From Octopus bimaculoides (Eukaryota): a stretch of 33,432 nucleotides of DNA. Numbering within the stretch: the first letter of the stretch is position 1; each line of letters opens with the position of its first letter. The stretch is from contig NC_068981.1 in the NCBI RefSeq assembly GCF_001194135.2, positions 47,938,115 through 47,971,546 of the forward strand, given 5' to 3'. The notes below the pieces were generated by a model. The model had not been told where the DNA came from. It did not search any database and saw only the letters and a program-made list of their open reading frames with translations. A program made the translations under genes and the position numbers. Of this stretch, positions 33,031 through 33,432 are shown one piece after another.

Positions 33031-33333
33031 GAAACCCATTCTGGTAAAATTGTATCGTCATATTGAAGAAAATTTCAGAAAAATTAAATATCAAACATAA
33101 CTGCAAGCGAGAGTGACATAAATAGATAAGGGGAAGTAATTCGCAGCACAATTATCGAACTTAGTATACGCAGAAAACTAAGATGCATACAAAAATATGT
33201 TTGGTCAACATTTCTAATATTTGTTTCCTAGAAAGCCCTGATGCAAAACTACGCTTCCAGAAGACCGATAGTAGCCTTCACCGTCATGCATTTCATTTTG
33301 ATTTATACGTATATCAATATATGATATCCACAT

Positions 33334-33380
33334 ATATACTATACTATACATACATACATACATACATACATACACACATG

Positions 33381-33432
<52 letters not shown>
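33334..33432. repeat. (TACA)n(TA)n microsatellite at window end
   Basis: Seen directly. Confidence 0.95.

Overview
AT-rich eukaryotic (animal) draft-assembly DNA with 8 N-gaps, dominated by microsatellites and decayed mobile elements. There are no prokaryotic features, CRISPR arrays or intact RNA genes. The SINE families and microsatellite load look like an octopod cephalopod genome; this rests on recalled repeat sequences, not a database search. Well supported: three tRNA-derived SINE families (called A, B, C here, about 20 copies or fragments), a decayed maT/DD37D-type Tc1/mariner element, a mariner N-terminal fragment, a Penelope-like RT remnant, and 5'-truncated R4/Dong-type RLE retrotransposon ends sitting in (TAA)n tracts. 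Almost all ORFs in the supplied track are translations of microsatellites or gaps. No complete protein-coding gene can be proven. However, seven small minus-strand exon candidates with canonical splice sites join in phase into a 119-aa C-terminal peptide, and a decayed Gln-rich ORF lies at 26.7-27.5 kb. I found no clear evidence of a new biological system. The best leads are the candidate micro-exon gene, the microsatellite 'landing pad' retroposon stacks, a foldback-like element around the largest gap, and convergent inverted SINE pairs. All alignments and translations were done by eye.
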